DNA of 64,000 nucleotides from Octopus sinensis (GCF_006345805.1 NC_042998.1:42098001-42162000), one strand, 5' to 3'; counted from the stretch's first letter, positions 11,879 through 26,020 are shown. Numbers and translations are program-made. The notes: generated by a model from the sequence alone, not told the origin.

Positions 11879-14694
11879 TTAAGCACCATTTAACAAGAAA
11901 AAAAACAGTTGGATTGTTTTTCTGTCATCACATCTGGTAGTTTCTGCTATTTTTAGTTGATACAGATAACAAGTGGAACCTTCAGTTTCAAGAAAGACAT
12001 AATATACTTGTTTAAGAAAGTATTCTTGGTTTAAAATCAATACTTCATTTTTGTCTAGAATTGTTAAATATTTTTACATTTTTTTTTTGTTTTGAGGTGT
12101 TACATTTTGTGTAATATATCAAAGCATAGAATATGTTTGCAGTAGTTCCAATTGACAAGAATTAGAATTAATATTGAAGAGCCTTGAGGTGGTAAGCTAA
12201 CAGAATCATTAGCATCCCGGGCAAAATGCTTATCGGCATTTCATCCATCTTTACATTCCACCTGCCCACCTCCTGCTCTCTTTTTGCAGTTTTGTGAACT
12301 TATTCATTCACTCACCCTCCCCAATCCCCTGTCCACTTCACTGTACATACCTCACTGTAATTTGGGTGTATGCCCTGCCATATCTTTACCATTTATCTCT
12401 CTCCCCCTCCACTCTCTCTCCACCTGAGGTAGCCATGTTTTTTCCACTGCAAGACACCTATTTCTGTCCCTCAGTACTATTCTCCACTCAATTGAGGGGG
12501 CTTCACCAAGTTACTTGGTGACCTCACTGCTGTTGGTGACATGTAAAAAGCATCCAGTTCACTCTGCAAAGTGGTTAGCATTAGGAAGGGCATCAAGCTG
12601 TGGAAGCCATGTCATAGCAAACAGTAGAGCTTGGTGCAGTCTTTTGACTTACCAGCTTCTGTTGAACTATCCAGGCCCTGCCAGTATGGAAAACAGGCAT
12701 TAAATGATGAGGGTGTTGATGGTGAGAGTTCTGTTATAATTTTTAGATTTTTTTAGAGAAGTTTACAATTTTGAATTCCAGTTAGTTAAAGTATCAAGAT
12801 CTTTTTGAAGTTTTGATTATTCTATAATATTCTAGAAGTAATCAAAACATTGGAAAATAACTTACTTTTGGATTTAATGCTTTCTGGTACATATTTCATT
12901 AGAAATGGAAGAGCAGAGCCTTTGTTTTTCCTATGTTTTCTATGAGTATACTAGATTTAGATATAAACCATGCTTTTAAGAACATTGTCTTCATAACAAC
13001 ATTTTATTCTCAATTTCTATACTAAAATTTTTCTTCAAATTCTATAATTGTCTCATATAGTTTCATACAGAAATTTTTGTCAAATATTTTGACAAAGTCT
13101 AAGAATACACTTGCCTCCTTCATTTAAATTGGTAATATACTAGCTTGTTCATTAAGTATATAAGTATATGGCCATTAGTCTCATTTCTGTGGACCCATGT
13201 TGGCATTTATCTGAAAGTATAAGAAACTAGTTTTTGTAAATCTCCTATGCTTGTGTCAAAGATGTGAATTGAATATTAAGGTTTTGTATTTGTCTTGGTT
13301 TCTTTTATTTGCATATTGGATGGATTATTGCCAGTCTTAAAAGAGCGGAAGATCCTTTTTTAAGTTAAGGAATATTCCAGCTGCAAATATCAGGCTCACT
13401 ATTGTCAGGCTCACTGGCTTTGTGTGAATATTCTTTCCTAGATTGACTTTTAAATTCTTTCTTTGAAATAATTCTCTACTATGTTAATATAATTATTTAG
13501 AAAATTGAATTTGCTTTGTCATTCAAAATAATAACACTATAATCACTTTTTCAAACTCCCAGCAAAGGTAAAAAATCTGTATCTATTGATTGATAAATAA
13601 AATGGTCATAAACACATATGTCAACTCTATAAAATATCTATTATATATACATAATAAAACTAGTAATATTTTTACTGTAAATTACATAAATATATTATCT
13701 GATTGAAATTATGTAAATTACTTTTCTTGTTCTGGCACTATCGAATATTTTTAATGCTGATAATTATTTAGGAATATAATATGTTATGACAATAAGTTAT
13801 TTAAATAACATACCCAGAAAAAAAATACTTGTGATATTTTCTCAGTAATTTCTATGTGACTAGTTAGATGATATTTTCTGATTTGAACTGTATGGGAGTT
13901 GAGGGTGGTTATTCTTCCAAATTTTTGCTATCGTATTCCATATTTTAATTTGTAATAGTAATTTTTCTAAATTCTACTGTATCTTCCATATAAAAGTATT
14001 TCTTATTAGTAATTTAGATCTATTAAGTATAAAGGAAATAACTTTTTTTGCTGAGATAGTTCATCCCAGTATATGCAACAACACTAATATTAACAAATAA
14101 GTCAAATGGTTGATGTATGTTGTACTGTGAATTAATGGTGAAATGAAGACTTGAGTAAAATGCTTAGTTTGGACCTGAACATATTAAGGCTTACTCAAAT
14201 TAAATAATGTAGAATCAAAATGTATTAAAAGATGTTGTATTGTAGATTTGTTAAACACATAACAAAACTTTTTTTTTAACTCTACTCTTCCATCTTGTGT
14301 TGTACTGGAAAGAACTTCTGAGGCAATGTTTTATAGGCAGATATCTTTTTTGATGCCAACCCTTTTTTTTTTTTTTGCATCTTACAACTCACATGGATGC
14401 AGTGCAGGCTTTTTAAAAATGGTTCACACAGTGTTAGGAAAGTACATATACAAAGTAAATGATGAAAATGATAGGGATAAAAAATGAAGATGAAGATGAT
14501 GATGTCAGTGGCAATGATGATGGTGATAGTAGCGTTGTTGATGATAGTGATGTTGACGATGATGTTGAAGATGACAGCAATGACAATGTTAATGATCTCA
14601 GTGCCTTGTTAATGGATATATTTCAATGGACATAACTTATACAAAGAAGTATTGATTTTGTTCTGTTAACTAATTTGAATGTATTTTTTTTCAG

Positions 14695-14807
14695 AATTAT
14701 CATTACCAGAGTAACAGCAGATATATCATTGGCCAAGCGTTCATTACTGAACAATCCCACCAAAAGAGCTCTAATAGAAAGGTCTAACAGTAAGATGTCT
14801 GGATTTG
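14695..14807 (+). CDS. CACNB: Cav-beta GK-domain exon
   Basis: tttttcag|A ATT ATC...GGA TTT G|gtgagt; (R)[37 protein letters not shown]. Phases match both neighbours. Confidence 0.97.
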
Positions 14808-14916
14808 GTGAGTTTTTGATTTCTCAATGTTCATCAGTTATATTTTTCATTATAATCTATATTCTATGCTTTAAATAACAAGAATCTATAAAAATTAATA
14901 AAACCTACCCATATAT

Positions 14917-15258
14917 TAGGATAACGACCGCTTTAGGTCATGAATGACCAAGGGATTACACCTAGATAATTACCCTCTGAGGCACAAGTCTGGGCAAGCT
15001 TATTCATGGAAGACCAGCAGTCACCCATGCATACCAGCCTCCATTCTCCATGCCACCGATTTTTTTCAAGGAAAAGGCAAAGGCTGATACAGCTTGGTGC
15101 CTGTGATGTTGCAACTCATTTCTACAACTGAGTGAACTGGAGAGCAACGTGAAATAAGGTGTCTTGCTCAAGAACACAATACAAGTCTGGTCTGAGAATC
15201 GAACTCACTACCTCATGATTTTGAGCCCAATGCTCTAACCACTGAACCATGCAGCTTC
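14917..15258 (-). mobile_element. tRNA-derived SINE, family C, with target-site duplication
   Basis: Reverse complement of the element at 24839-25172; flanked by the direct repeat ACCCATATAT (14907-14916 and 15259-15268). Confidence 0.8.
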
Positions 15259-15689
15259 ACCCATATATATACATGGTATTAATGTTATTGGCTGCTAGGT
15301 ATTGCCAATAATAGAAACAAAAAATTATTGAGCAACTCACAATGTGATTCAGGAATTTACTTGTCCTAAAGATAGTTGTCAATGCCTCAATATATCTTGT
15401 GCTTAAGCTCATACTTTAACGTCTCACCTGGCCTGAAACCATCTCCCTCAATACTAGCCATCCACCCCAGTTGAGATGGTCTTGTCTTATGAGTTACTTA
15501 ATAACCTCACTAGTACCAGTAACATGTAAAAAGCTCCCAGTAGACTCTGTAAAATGGTTGGTATTAGGAAGAGCATCAATACGGTTAATGGTCAGCTTGA
15601 ACTGCTGTAGATTGATAACCACATCTATCTTTGTTTATGATGCATATTTTGTTCCAAAGAAACACCACATTAAGTGAAGCAGTGATAAA

Positions 15690-16920
15690 TGAATAACAGA
15701 ACATACAAGAAAAAATAGGTTTCATTCTGAGACCCCAAGTTGTCTTGAGCATTGTGGATGGTTGCTGGGATACACTTTTATGGTCTAAATAGAACTTTTG
15801 ATTGATCACTAACCAGTGTTATCAGAGAACAGTTTGTGATTAGCAGGATATGTAACAGTCAAGATTACCATTTTATCCCAGAGCAGTGGTGAATAAATCA
15901 ATGTTAAATGAGGAGAAATGTTTTAGGATGTACTAGGAATATGTTTGTAGAAAAGGAATTTCAGAAGGCTGAAGTTCTTGGGTGACATACTTGAGGAAAG
16001 TATTTAACCCTTTAGCATTTAAACTGACCATATCCTGCTGAAATATTGTACTTGTTTTATGTTCAAATTGGCCAAATCTTATTTCTCACACCAATCCTAC
16101 AATATATCATTTTAAAAATTAACAGTTACCATATCAAAATCTCAAAGTTACAGGATAATGCATGGTTAATTCAAAACAATGTGGATGAATAAGCATTACT
16201 TTTGACAGAGTAATATTAATGCTAAAAAGTTGATACAGTTTTCAGAAGTCAAACAAAGTAAGGAAGACAGAAGGAATGGAGATAGGTGTACTGCATGTGC
16301 TAGAAAATAGGTGACATGCAGAAGCTACAAGATGTTCAATAAATAGGAGAGAAACAATACTTCTGTGGATTAGTGATTGTAGTTTGTTTGCAACAAAGGT
16401 TTTGGCAATCAGCTTACAGCAGTAACACAATCCTAGATATGCAAATAGTACTCCAATGTGACTACACTTGAGCTCTGTAGAATGAGACCACTGGTGTGTG
16501 TAATATAGGAGAATAATTTTGTTGTAGATCTGTTGTTACAGAAACTGTACTGGTGGTGAATGAGATGATGAAGAGTCTAAAGGTGATAAAAGCGATAGTT
16601 GCTTACAATTGTTTTTATTACCTTTGAAGTGTTAGAAAGGAGGCTGAGAACTAGAGATTTTGTACTCAGAGATATGATATAATATTGCATATGTTTATAG
16701 ATTAGGATATATCTCTGTATACAGAGAAAGACGGAAGCGTTTGCTGGGAATAGGATCTAGGCCTCGAGTGCAGTTTGTTGATTAGAGAAGTTTTCATATT
16801 TTTAACTACCATTAAAATTAACAGAATGTTTGTGCATGTATGGACATTTATTTGTGCTTCAGTGGAACTATGTTACTATTACAATCAATTGTGCTGTATA
16901 TGTTCATTATTTCAAATTAG
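15690..16920 (-). mobile_element. Decayed Jockey/CR1-type LINE reverse transcriptase C-terminal remnant, interrupted by a MITE
   Basis: Minus-strand LILYRAQV*S resembles the 'LYKAQVRPxLEYCSxxW' motif; a similar remnant lies at 24480-25600. Boundaries are approximate. Confidence 0.5.
16008..16229. mobile_element. piggyBac-like MITE (CCCTTTAGCATT family)
   Basis: TTAA|CCCTTTAGCATTTAA...TTAATGCTAAAAAG|TTGA. Confidence 0.75.
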
Positions 16921-16968
16921 CAATTGATATGTATTAATTACTCTTATTTCAACTTAACTGGCAATGTT

Positions 16969-17964
16969 CAGGGTGCAAGAGGTATCTAAGGACGTATTTG
17001 AGTAATTTAATTAAACAACTTTAATCTAATAAAAACTAAATGTATTTTAATAAAAGTTTGTGAGCATTTTCTCAGTAATTCCATGAATCCTCCTTCATCT
17101 CCAATGACTGTTTCAATGCAAGACCAGAATCATTGACACACCTTCACTAAATGGTCCTTATCTATTTCTGTCGTCATTTGGACAATGACAACTTCACTGA
17201 AGCTGTGGTATTGTTAAGATGTTTAGTCTTCCTTTCAACAGTGCTCCAAACATAGTAGTCCTTGGGATTTAAACCTGGCAAGTTTGGAGACAAGTTGAAT
17301 ATTTTATGTTGGTAAAGATTGCCTGACATCTATTCTTGGATTATATGGGCTTTGCATGAAGGTAGTTCATCCATACAACAATCTCCAGTATGTCGACATA
17401 TCCAGCAGTATTAATTCTAAGACCCTGTGGAAGGATGTGATGTGACCTTCATTATTCACAACTTCTAAAACTATTACATCTCAGGGAACATCTGAAGGCT
17501 TTGCACATAAGTATCTGTCATTTCCCCTGTTAGTCTTTTGGTTTTGCTCAAAGTTTTTCTCGCTAGAGAAGAACCAAAGCATGTTGTGTTTGCAAGTGAT
17601 TTTAACCTTGTTATGTAATTGTTTGGCACAGACCCTGTGTCTTTACAGACATGAATTGGCCACTCTTCAATACATATGACTTGTATTGAATGTCCTTGTG
17701 TATCAGTTCTGATAATCCACTCCAACATCTGGAATTCTTTGTCTATGTCTCTCATTGATTTTCTGGGATCACAGCGATAATGTTTTGAACCTTCTGGATG
17801 AATTGCAGTGTCCTTATAGTGTCTGACTGCATTTCTTTTCATTTCTTGTCTTCAGATAACATTTTACCTGTCATGGGGGAATTTGAAAAAAATAAACCTT
17901 TTAATTAGCTTGAAAGGAGCAGTATCCTGATCATTAAATGTCTTCAAACACCCCTTCCATCCTG
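16969..17964 (-). mobile_element. Decayed Tc1/mariner-superfamily (maT-like) transposon
   Basis: Degenerate TIRs CAGGGTGCAAGAGGT... and ...ACCCCTTCCATCCTG|TA. The minus strand reads SPNLPGLNPKDYYVWSTVER, a decayed SPDLNPLDYxxW motif. Confidence 0.65.
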
Positions 17965-18123
17965 TACTTTTCATTGCATTTATGTACAATATCAATAAAT
18001 TGAACTGAATTAAACACTACACGGTACAAATTAAATTACTGGTATACGTGATCTTCAAATCATTAAGCATGACTTTTTATATTAGAGACTTGAAGTTAAT
18101 AAATTCAATTTTCTTTCTTTCAG

Positions 18124-18275
18124 TGGAAGTCCAAGAAGAAATAGAAAGAATATTTCAGTTAGCTAGGGGGTTGCAAATGGTGGTACTTGATTGTGACACC
18201 ATAAACCATCCCTCGCAGCTGGCCAAAACCTCCCTTGCTCCTATAGTTGTCTACGTAAAGATCTCTTCACCTAAA
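18124..18275 (+). CDS. CACNB: Cav-beta GK-domain exon
   Basis: ctttcag|TG GAA GTC...CCT AAA|gtaagt; [51 protein letters not shown]. Confidence 0.98.
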
Positions 18276-18399
18276 GTAAGTATTCTCAGCAATACCTTTT
18301 CAAAATTCTTTTGGATTTTTTCCCTACTTTAAAGTTGTATTTTTTCTTCATATATCATTTTTAAAAAGCAGTAAAATGTGTGATACAAAGTGAAACTTA

Positions 18400-19330
18400 A
18401 AAAATAATAATCCTACGAATTATCTGATGTGAAAAATATTTCAATGAATATTTTAAAAACACAGAAGCCAGCAAAAGAGTATGTTGCTGACTATATTGTT
18501 TTCCAAAGTCCACCACAGTGATGCTAACATCATCTATGTTGTATAGACATGACACTCCTATGTTACAGTTCAAGATGCTCAATATCTCCAGTCTCTATAA
18601 CAACAGCTCCTGCACAAAAACGTACAGGAGAGAGGAGAGGAGGTACCTTTGATAGATTGAGTATGCTATGCAAAATGGTTTCATGAGGTGCCATTTACTT
18701 TGACCACTGTACATTGTTGGAATTCATCTCTGATGTCAGGATTGAAATCAGCTGCCCTTGGAGTAATCACTATATAAAAATAGTTAACTCAGGCATTAGC
18801 TTAAGATCATTCCAAGTTTATAGTACCTTACCAAAGCCTAATCTTTTCTTGACTTGCTTGTTCTATGAGTAGAAATTGTTTTGGGGAATTGTACAACAGC
18901 GTTGTACCTTTAATTGCATTAATGACAATAAACAACAACATCTTAACAAATGCATTACCAGCATCTTCAAATCTGTCTTTAGTAGAGTTGTGGGCCAAAA
19001 TAGTCAATTATGTACCCATGGTTTAGAATACTTCCCAGGAATTGCAACCGCTTTGCAGCTCATGCAACTGGGAATGCTCCCATTCTGTTTCTACTCTCAT
19101 AATATTCCCCACCAGGAAATAAGTTGGTATTCTGAAACTTGCTTTAAAATGAAATCCTGTAACCTCTGTTCTTTTAGATTTATCCAGCTATGATATCCAA
19201 CATAGCAAAAACTGTTTGACTATCCTAGGATAAACTAAATGAGATATTCAATTGATGCATCAGAGCTCATTTAATGCAAAATTCACTTTACTTCAGATCT
19301 TTTCCGAGGCTCCTAGGAAACAATATCCTT
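18400..19330 (-). mobile_element. Decayed L1/Tx1-like LINE reverse transcriptase remnant
   Basis: Minus-strand VVKVNG..., SIYQRYLLSSLLYVFVQELL (decayed RQGCPLSPLLY) and YNIDDVSITV (YADD-like). Confidence 0.6.
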
Positions 19331-19371
19331 TATCTTCTATAATAAGCTACATTTTATATTTATATAGAAAA

Positions 19372-19687
19372 TCAGGTTGTTTAGTGGTTATGGGGATTCA
19401 GCTCATGATCATAAGGTTGGGAGTTCGATTACCAACGGCATGTTGTATCCTTGAGCAAGACACCTTTTTCACATTGCTTCAGTTTACACAGCTGGCGAAA
19501 ATGAGTAGTACTTGTAATTTAAAGGGGCCAGCCTTGTCACATTCTTTGTCATACTGAATTTCCCTGAGATCTATGTTAGGGGTGTCTGTGGAGTGCTCAA
19601 CCACTTGCATGTTAATTTCATGAGTAGGCTGTTCTGTTGATCGGGTTAACTGGAACTCTCGTCGTTATAACCAACAAAATGCCAGTT
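19372..19687 (+). mobile_element. tRNA-derived SINE with family C-like head and a different tail
   Basis: TAGTGGTTA...GAGTTCGATTACC...CCTTGAGCAAGACAC...CAGTTTACACAGCTG. Confidence 0.65.
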
Positions 19688-19870
19688 ATATTTTTATATA
19701 TGTATATTTTTTTCTTTTTAGTCATGTTTATGGTTTACATATCTTTTGTTATGTAGTCCAGTGGTGTTACTTATTAAAGGGCCTTAAGTTCAATTCTTTT
19801 TTGGACTGAAAATACATACTGGTGTACATTATCTTCCTTACCATTGTTCTGCATTTATATATAATATATA

Positions 19871-19903
<33 letters not shown>

Positions 19904-19911
19904 TGTGTGTG

Positions 19912-19942
<31 letters not shown>

Positions 19943-20721
19943 CTACTTTTACAAGAAGAGTGGTGATAGTGACTTTGAAGCTTCAGATGCTCACACACAG
20001 ACTTCTTCAGATTTTGTACACCAATTTCATTCGCAAATACTGGTTGACCTATGTCTATAGTATAGGATATTAACCAACAATATCCCTACAGTGGGACTGA
20101 AACACTGACCACATGGTATCAAAGCAAACTTCTTAACCACATGCATTTATTCATTTATATTTATTGTTTACTTGATTTTATTCATGTTATTCTGTGGTAG
20201 AACTGTGGTAGAACATGGGAAGGCCATGTGTTTTAACTACTCTTAAGGAGGAAAATGTACAATGACATTTATTATCATTATCTTCTATAATAAACTTAGT
20301 TGTGTGTATGTATGTGTGTGTGAGTGTGTGTGTGTACATATACACATACACACTAGACATAAATATAGTCTGAGATTGTACTTTGGAGAAAGTGATGGTC
20401 AGGGTAATATGGTCAGAAACTGACTCTTCACAAAATAATATTGCACCAAAAGATCTGTTTAGTAAGCATGAAACTATATATTGTAAAAACTACCAAGGAT
20501 ATGTCATTTCCAACTATGTTCACAAAAAGACTTGAACCAAGTGATCTCAGATTCAGTCCCACTGTGTGGAACCTCAAGGCAAGCATCTTCTACTATAGCT
20601 CCTGGCCGATTAAAGCCTTGTGAGTAGATTTGGTAGATTGAATCTGAAAGAAACTTGTTGTATTTGCATGCATGTGTGCATGCATGCATACTTGCGTGTG
20701 TGTGTGGTGTGTGTGTGTGTG

Positions 20722-20752
<31 letters not shown>

Positions 20753-21079
20753 TTTGTATGTGTGTGTGTGTGTGTGTCTTATCTTGGCAGCTTGTGATGG
20801 TTTAAAATAAGCATCACCATCACACAAACAACGTTATTCATTTCCTGCCTACCATGGAAAACATTTCAAGCCAAGGGGAAATGCCATTTTGTTTGGAAAG
20901 AGGTAATGGTTGATGACAGGAATAGCACCATGCTGTTGGAAATCTGCCTCAAAAAATTCCATCTAATCTATGCAAGCATGTATGAGTGAACATTAAATGG
21001 TAGTGATTTATACAATATAAATCTTAAAGTTTGTCTTCTGTGCATTCATATTGGATTTTGAATTTTCACTCTTTTTTAG

Positions 21080-21175
21080 GTCCTTCAGCGATTAATTAAG
21101 TCCCGTGGTAAATCTCAAAGTAGAAATATGAATGTTCAACTTGTAGCAGCAGACAAGCTGGCACAATGCAGTCCT
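21080..21175 (+). CDS. CACNB: Cav-beta GK-domain exon
   Basis: ctttttta g|GTC CTT CAG...AGT CCT|gtaagt; [32 protein letters not shown] (96 nt). Confidence 0.98.
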
Positions 21176-21278
21176 GTAAGTTTCATATTTCACACTTATA
21201 CTATTTATTCAATGTGAATTGTTTTCTTTTGTTGAACAGAATATGTTTTGTTGTGTTTAATTTCTCAATTGCAATCAT

Positions 21279-22110
21279 GAAAATGCCGCAGCCAAAGTCG
21301 ACCTGTTTCTCAATAGAAAAGAGACTGATTACATGATCACCAACATAGATGAAAGCCATCTGTCAATCTGTTCCAAAGATGATACTGCATGCCATCTTTG
21401 GAAGGAGGTCATTGATTTAGATACTTCCTTTGCATGCATTGGACAAATCTAGACTGCTCGTAACAAGCTTCTCAACATTTGGCTGTCAAATGTTTCAAAG
21501 TCAACAAGATTTGCCATTTTCAGAGAATGCGTAAACTCATTTTTCTCTATGGAGCTGAAGCCTGGACTGCGAAGAAAGAACGTCAAGACTATTTTGATGA
21601 TAAGCATATTATACTTCTCATGAAGACACAAAACATTTCATAGCATGAGCACACAATACCTGAGAGGAGATTTATGGACACATTCCACTCATCTCTACTT
21701 CTGTTGCTCAATGCAGGCTACAGCTAGTGTGCTGAACAACAAGTCATATCAGATATTACATTTTTAAGATACCCACACCCTAATAGAAGATGAAGACGAC
21801 TCAACTACACTCATGTTCTTGATAGAGACATATTCTGCATAAAACTGAGGACTCACCATAGAGAATCTTGGGGTGGCATTATAAAACACATTTTGATTGC
21901 AACCACTTGCAGGAAAGAAGTTACGTATTTTACACTTACACTATTTTTACTTTTACTGTATTTGCTGGCATACAAGTCAAATTTTTCAGACCAAAAATTA
22001 CTGCCAAAAAAGATAGGTTGATGTATACACCGAGAAAACTTTGGAGGATCAAAAATTCTCTGTGAAATGCAGCAGGATTTGGAAAGATAGTGATGATGTT
22101 TGTATATTCA
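21279..22110 (+). mobile_element. Decayed RTE-X/RTE-like LINE ORF2 fragment
   Basis: ENAAAKVDLFLNRKETDYM...ARNKLLNIWLSNVSKSTRFAIFRECVNSFFLYGAEAWT...KTQNIS*HEH matches the RTE 'LLYGSETWT' region, with in-frame stops. Confidence 0.75.
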
Positions 22111-22814
22111 CGCTATATATTTACACTGTATACTATGTTGGCTTGTATGTTGCTAAACACTGTACTTTTAGTGTTTTCAGTCAAAGGCTGAATATATCTT
22201 GTTGTAATCATGACCTTGATATTATGTTTTAAAAAGAACAATAACATAACGGTAACAGTTTAGCAATAATTTAAATACCTTGTACTGTTTAGTTATATTA
22301 TGCGTTCAAATCACATCTGCATTGGATCAATAAAATAAAATCAATAAAATAAGTATCAGTTAAGTATTAAAGGTGATCTAATCAAGAATGATCTTCCCAT
22401 AAGACCTGTGGCCTTTTACCTATGTTATAAATTGTCATCATCATCATCATCTCATCATTGATGTTGGCATCATCATCATCATCATCATCATCATCGTCAG
22501 TGTCAGCAGTGTTACGGTAGTGAGTTGGCAGAATCTCTCGTGCATTGAACAAAATGCTTTGTGACATTTCTTCCGGTTCTTTACATTCTGAATCCATATC
22601 ATGCAGAGGTCAACTTTGCCTTTCATCCTTTCAGGGTCAATAAAATAAATTACTAGCCAATTATTGGGATTGATATCAATGAATCATCTTCTGCTAAAAT
22701 TGCTGGCCTTGTGCCAAAATTTGAAAGAATCATTAATAAATTCTGAGTTCATATCCTGCCAAGGTCAACTTTCATACTTTTGAGCTCAATAAAATGAAGT
22801 ACCCCATCTTGCCC

Positions 22815-23200
22815 TATAGTTGCAAGATTTGGACATTGTTTGGGGCCCTTAGGAGCTGTCTGAACCCCTTTAGTACCAGGAGGCTTTGCAGGATTATGGG
22901 TTACCATTGGTTGTCCTGTTACTTGTGTGATTCGAGAGTGTTAGCTCAGACTGTTTGATCATGTTGCTCAGTTTTCTTAGTTGGATCCTGCATATCATGT
23001 TCTCCTTTCTGAAAATCCATCTGGATTGATGGCTTGTGCTGGCTAATCACACTCTACATGGTTACAATAGATGAGGAAGTGTCTCTTGGAGATGGGGACT
23101 GACTGAGACACTGCTTTGAGTGTTGCCTTTCAATGACATCAGCAAATACAAACAAGTGGTAGATGCAGCAATGGCACATGTCTCCATACTTGACCTGATC
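22815..23200 (+). mobile_element. RTE-like LINE 3' fragment nested among family B SINE pieces
   Basis: YSCKIWTL...RRLCRIMGYHW...LRLFDHVAQ...DPAYHVL. Confidence 0.55.
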
Positions 23201-23947
23201 AAGTACTGGCTGGTCTTGTGCCTAAATTAGAAATTATTAAGTGTGGCAAACTTGCAGAATTTGTTAGAATGTCAGACGAAATGCTATGCTACATTTCTTC
23301 TCACTCTTTACATCCTGACTTCAAATCATCCCCAAGGTCAACTTTGCCTTTCATCCTTTTGAAATCTTTGGCATTGACAGTGTAGTCTAACACCCTCCTC
23401 TAAAACTTGCTGGCCTAAATGAGTAACAATGAGTAACAATGCATTGACAGAAAACTGGCTGAGTTGACAGTACTAGATTGGCAGGGGCAGAATCATTAGC
23501 ATATTGGAGAAAGTACTGTGTGGTGTTTCACCTGGCTCTTTGATGTTCTGAATTCAAATTCCACCAAAGTCAACTTTACCTTTCACCTCAATGGAGTTGA
23601 TAAAATAAAGTACCAGTCATGTACTAGGGTCACTAGCATCATCTAATCACTTCTCCTCAAAATTGCTGACATTGTACCTAAATCAGAAACTATTATTATT
23701 TCCAGACCAATGTATTTTTCTCTTCCATGCAAGACATCCTATTCGAGCAATGAAGCATGAATGTTTGCCCTGAGTTTTAGTCACATTCATCTTTCATTAG
23801 CTGAAATATCTCATCTGTACGTGCCATGACTACAGATGATAACAGTAGTTTGTTAATTGACAGTTTGTTAACTGTTCATCTGCTCAGCATCTGACATTCA
23901 CCTTTTACTCCAATAAGTTCATCTGCCAAAATAGTTCATGTCCACCA

Positions 23948-24172
23948 TACTTATTTCTTTATCGCCCACAAGGGGCTAAACATAGAAGGGACAGACAAAG
24001 GGTTTAAGTCAATTACATCGACCTCAGTGCGTAACTGGTACTTAATTTATCATCCCTGAAAGGATGAAAGACAAAGTTGACCTAGGTGGAATTTGAACTC
24101 AGAACGTAAAGACAGATGACATACTGCAAAGTATTTCGCCCGGCATGCTAACGTTTCTGCCAGCTTGCTGCC
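23948..24172 (-). mobile_element. tRNA-derived SINE, family B
   Basis: Reverse complement GGCAG..AGCTGGCAGAAACGTTAGCATGCCGGGCGAAA...TTCTGAGTTCAAATTCC...GTCAACTTTGTCTTTCATCCTTTCAGGG. Decayed + copies lie at about 22520-22730, 23245-23420 and 23480-23690. Confidence 0.75.
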
Positions 24173-24838
24173 ATAAATGTCCACAATACCGCATCCCATG
24201 ATTTCCCATGGCTAAGGTGGTTACAAGCTACTTTAACCCAGAGCTGGAACTCTGACAGGTGCTACTACTCCATGTCAGGATAGACGTGAGATTAATAGTG
24301 GCTTCCCCTCAAAACTCTGGAACTCCCAAACCAGAATTCCACTTGTGGATACAGTTTAAAGTCATACCCAGAACCTAATTTATTGAATTAGTTTATTATT
24401 ATGTTAGAATAATTTAGTACATATATAATACTTATTTTATTGAGCCTGGTATATTGACAGGAGGTACATTTATTTCTGATTGAATATGACTGCTTTCTTG
24501 TTAGTTTGAGGAAGAGCAGTTTTACTCAAAAGTATTACAAATCCTTCCAGTCAAGTGAGGTTAACAAAGTCAACAGAACTTCAGCTTCTGAACGTTAAAA
24601 TTTAAATGGGAAATTTGGACATGATGGGAGTTCCATCAAGGAAAGATTGAAAAGAATTTATTTATTTATTTTTTGCTAGTTGAGCAATCAGATACAAAAT
24701 AGGATGATGATAGGAAGAGAGAGGAATACATTGAAATACTTTAGATGGAGTGACGCATAGCTTTCTAGTTTTGAATAGTAGAATCCACTGGAATGAAGTT
24801 GCTCTATCCCAAATACATGAGCAGTACTACAATGTGAG

Positions 24839-25172
24839 AGTGAAGGTGCATGGCTCAGCGGTTAGAGCATCGAGCTTACAATTGTGGGGTCATGAGTTCG
24901 AATCCTGGACCGGGCTGCGTATTGTGTTCTTGAGCAAGACACTTTATTTCATGTTGTTCCAGTTCACTCAGCTGTAGAAATGAGTTGCAACATCACAGGT
25001 GCCAAGCTTTAACAGCCTTTGCCTTTCCCAACATCGGTGGCATGAAGAGGGGAGGCTGGTATGCATGGGCGACTGCTGGTCTTCCATAAACAACCTTGCC
25101 TGGACTTGTGCCTGGGAGGGTAACTCTCTAGGTGCAATCCTATGGTCAGTCATGACTGAAGGGGGTCGTAGT
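24839..25172 (+). mobile_element. tRNA-derived SINE, family C, inserted in a LINE remnant
   Basis: TGGCTCAGCGGTTAGAGC (A box) and GAGTTCGAATCC (B box); 16-bp TSD AGTACT(A/G)CAATGTGAG at 24823-24838 and 25173-25188. Confidence 0.85.
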
Positions 25173-26020
25173 AGTACTGCAATGTGAGGTACGTTTGTGT
25201 TTTGTAGAAGGTCAGCAAAGACACCTAGTTTTGTGATATCACTTTGTCTGTTATAGATGTGTGATCAGACTTTCAGAAATTTCAATGCCTATCACTTGAA
25301 TGAAGGTGTTACATATTTGTTCATGAGTAAGGTGAATGTAGTGTTATAGCTATGTTTCTTTGATATATGTAATAAATGACTGCATCTTGGTGCCATTAAA
25401 TGAAATCAGGTTGCTATAGTCTGATTACAGGATGTTTTGAAGGCTTCTGTTCGTAGTAGTTATCAGTGTGTGACAGGGATTGCTTGTTGCATATAGATGA
25501 CACCAATATGCATAGGTAAAGGAATAGTGAAATAGTGAAGAGTAATACCATTTGTATTGGTGTGTATGTAGTTAGAAGTAACAGTGAGCAGAGTATTTAT
25601 TCCACCTGAGTTTCACAGCTACTCTCTTGTCACTTGAACACTAAAAATACAGTTTACCAAACTACTAAAAACTAACATTGATGCCTCCGTTTACGAAATA
25701 AATGACATGATGTGATAAAACAATTAGAGATGATTTGCCTTATTTATTAGAGATGATTTGCATTATTGATTCATTATTAGTTGGTGGACTTCACTTTAAA
25801 ATGCTTTAAAGAATTTGGAAAATATTTTTGTGAGATGGGGAAATGAAATATTCAAGAATGAATTATTGATGCATGAATAAATTTTAAAATTAAGACCATG
25901 CTAATTGTGGTAGTTGAAGATTGAGATGTTTATGAGAGGTTAAATTAGTAAAAATTATATGAGAAAATAGTTTTTTTATATATTCTGTTTGATATATTTG
26001 TTTAAATTTTTTCTTTACAG

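Noticed and set aside
14460-14595. Asp-rich GAT run before a Cav-beta exon
   Set aside because: Degenerate trinucleotide repeat with no usable splice sites.
24843-24915. tRNA-like sequence with A and B boxes, also at 62593 and 4484
   Set aside because: These are SINE heads that continue into a repeated body and tail; no complete cloverleaf.
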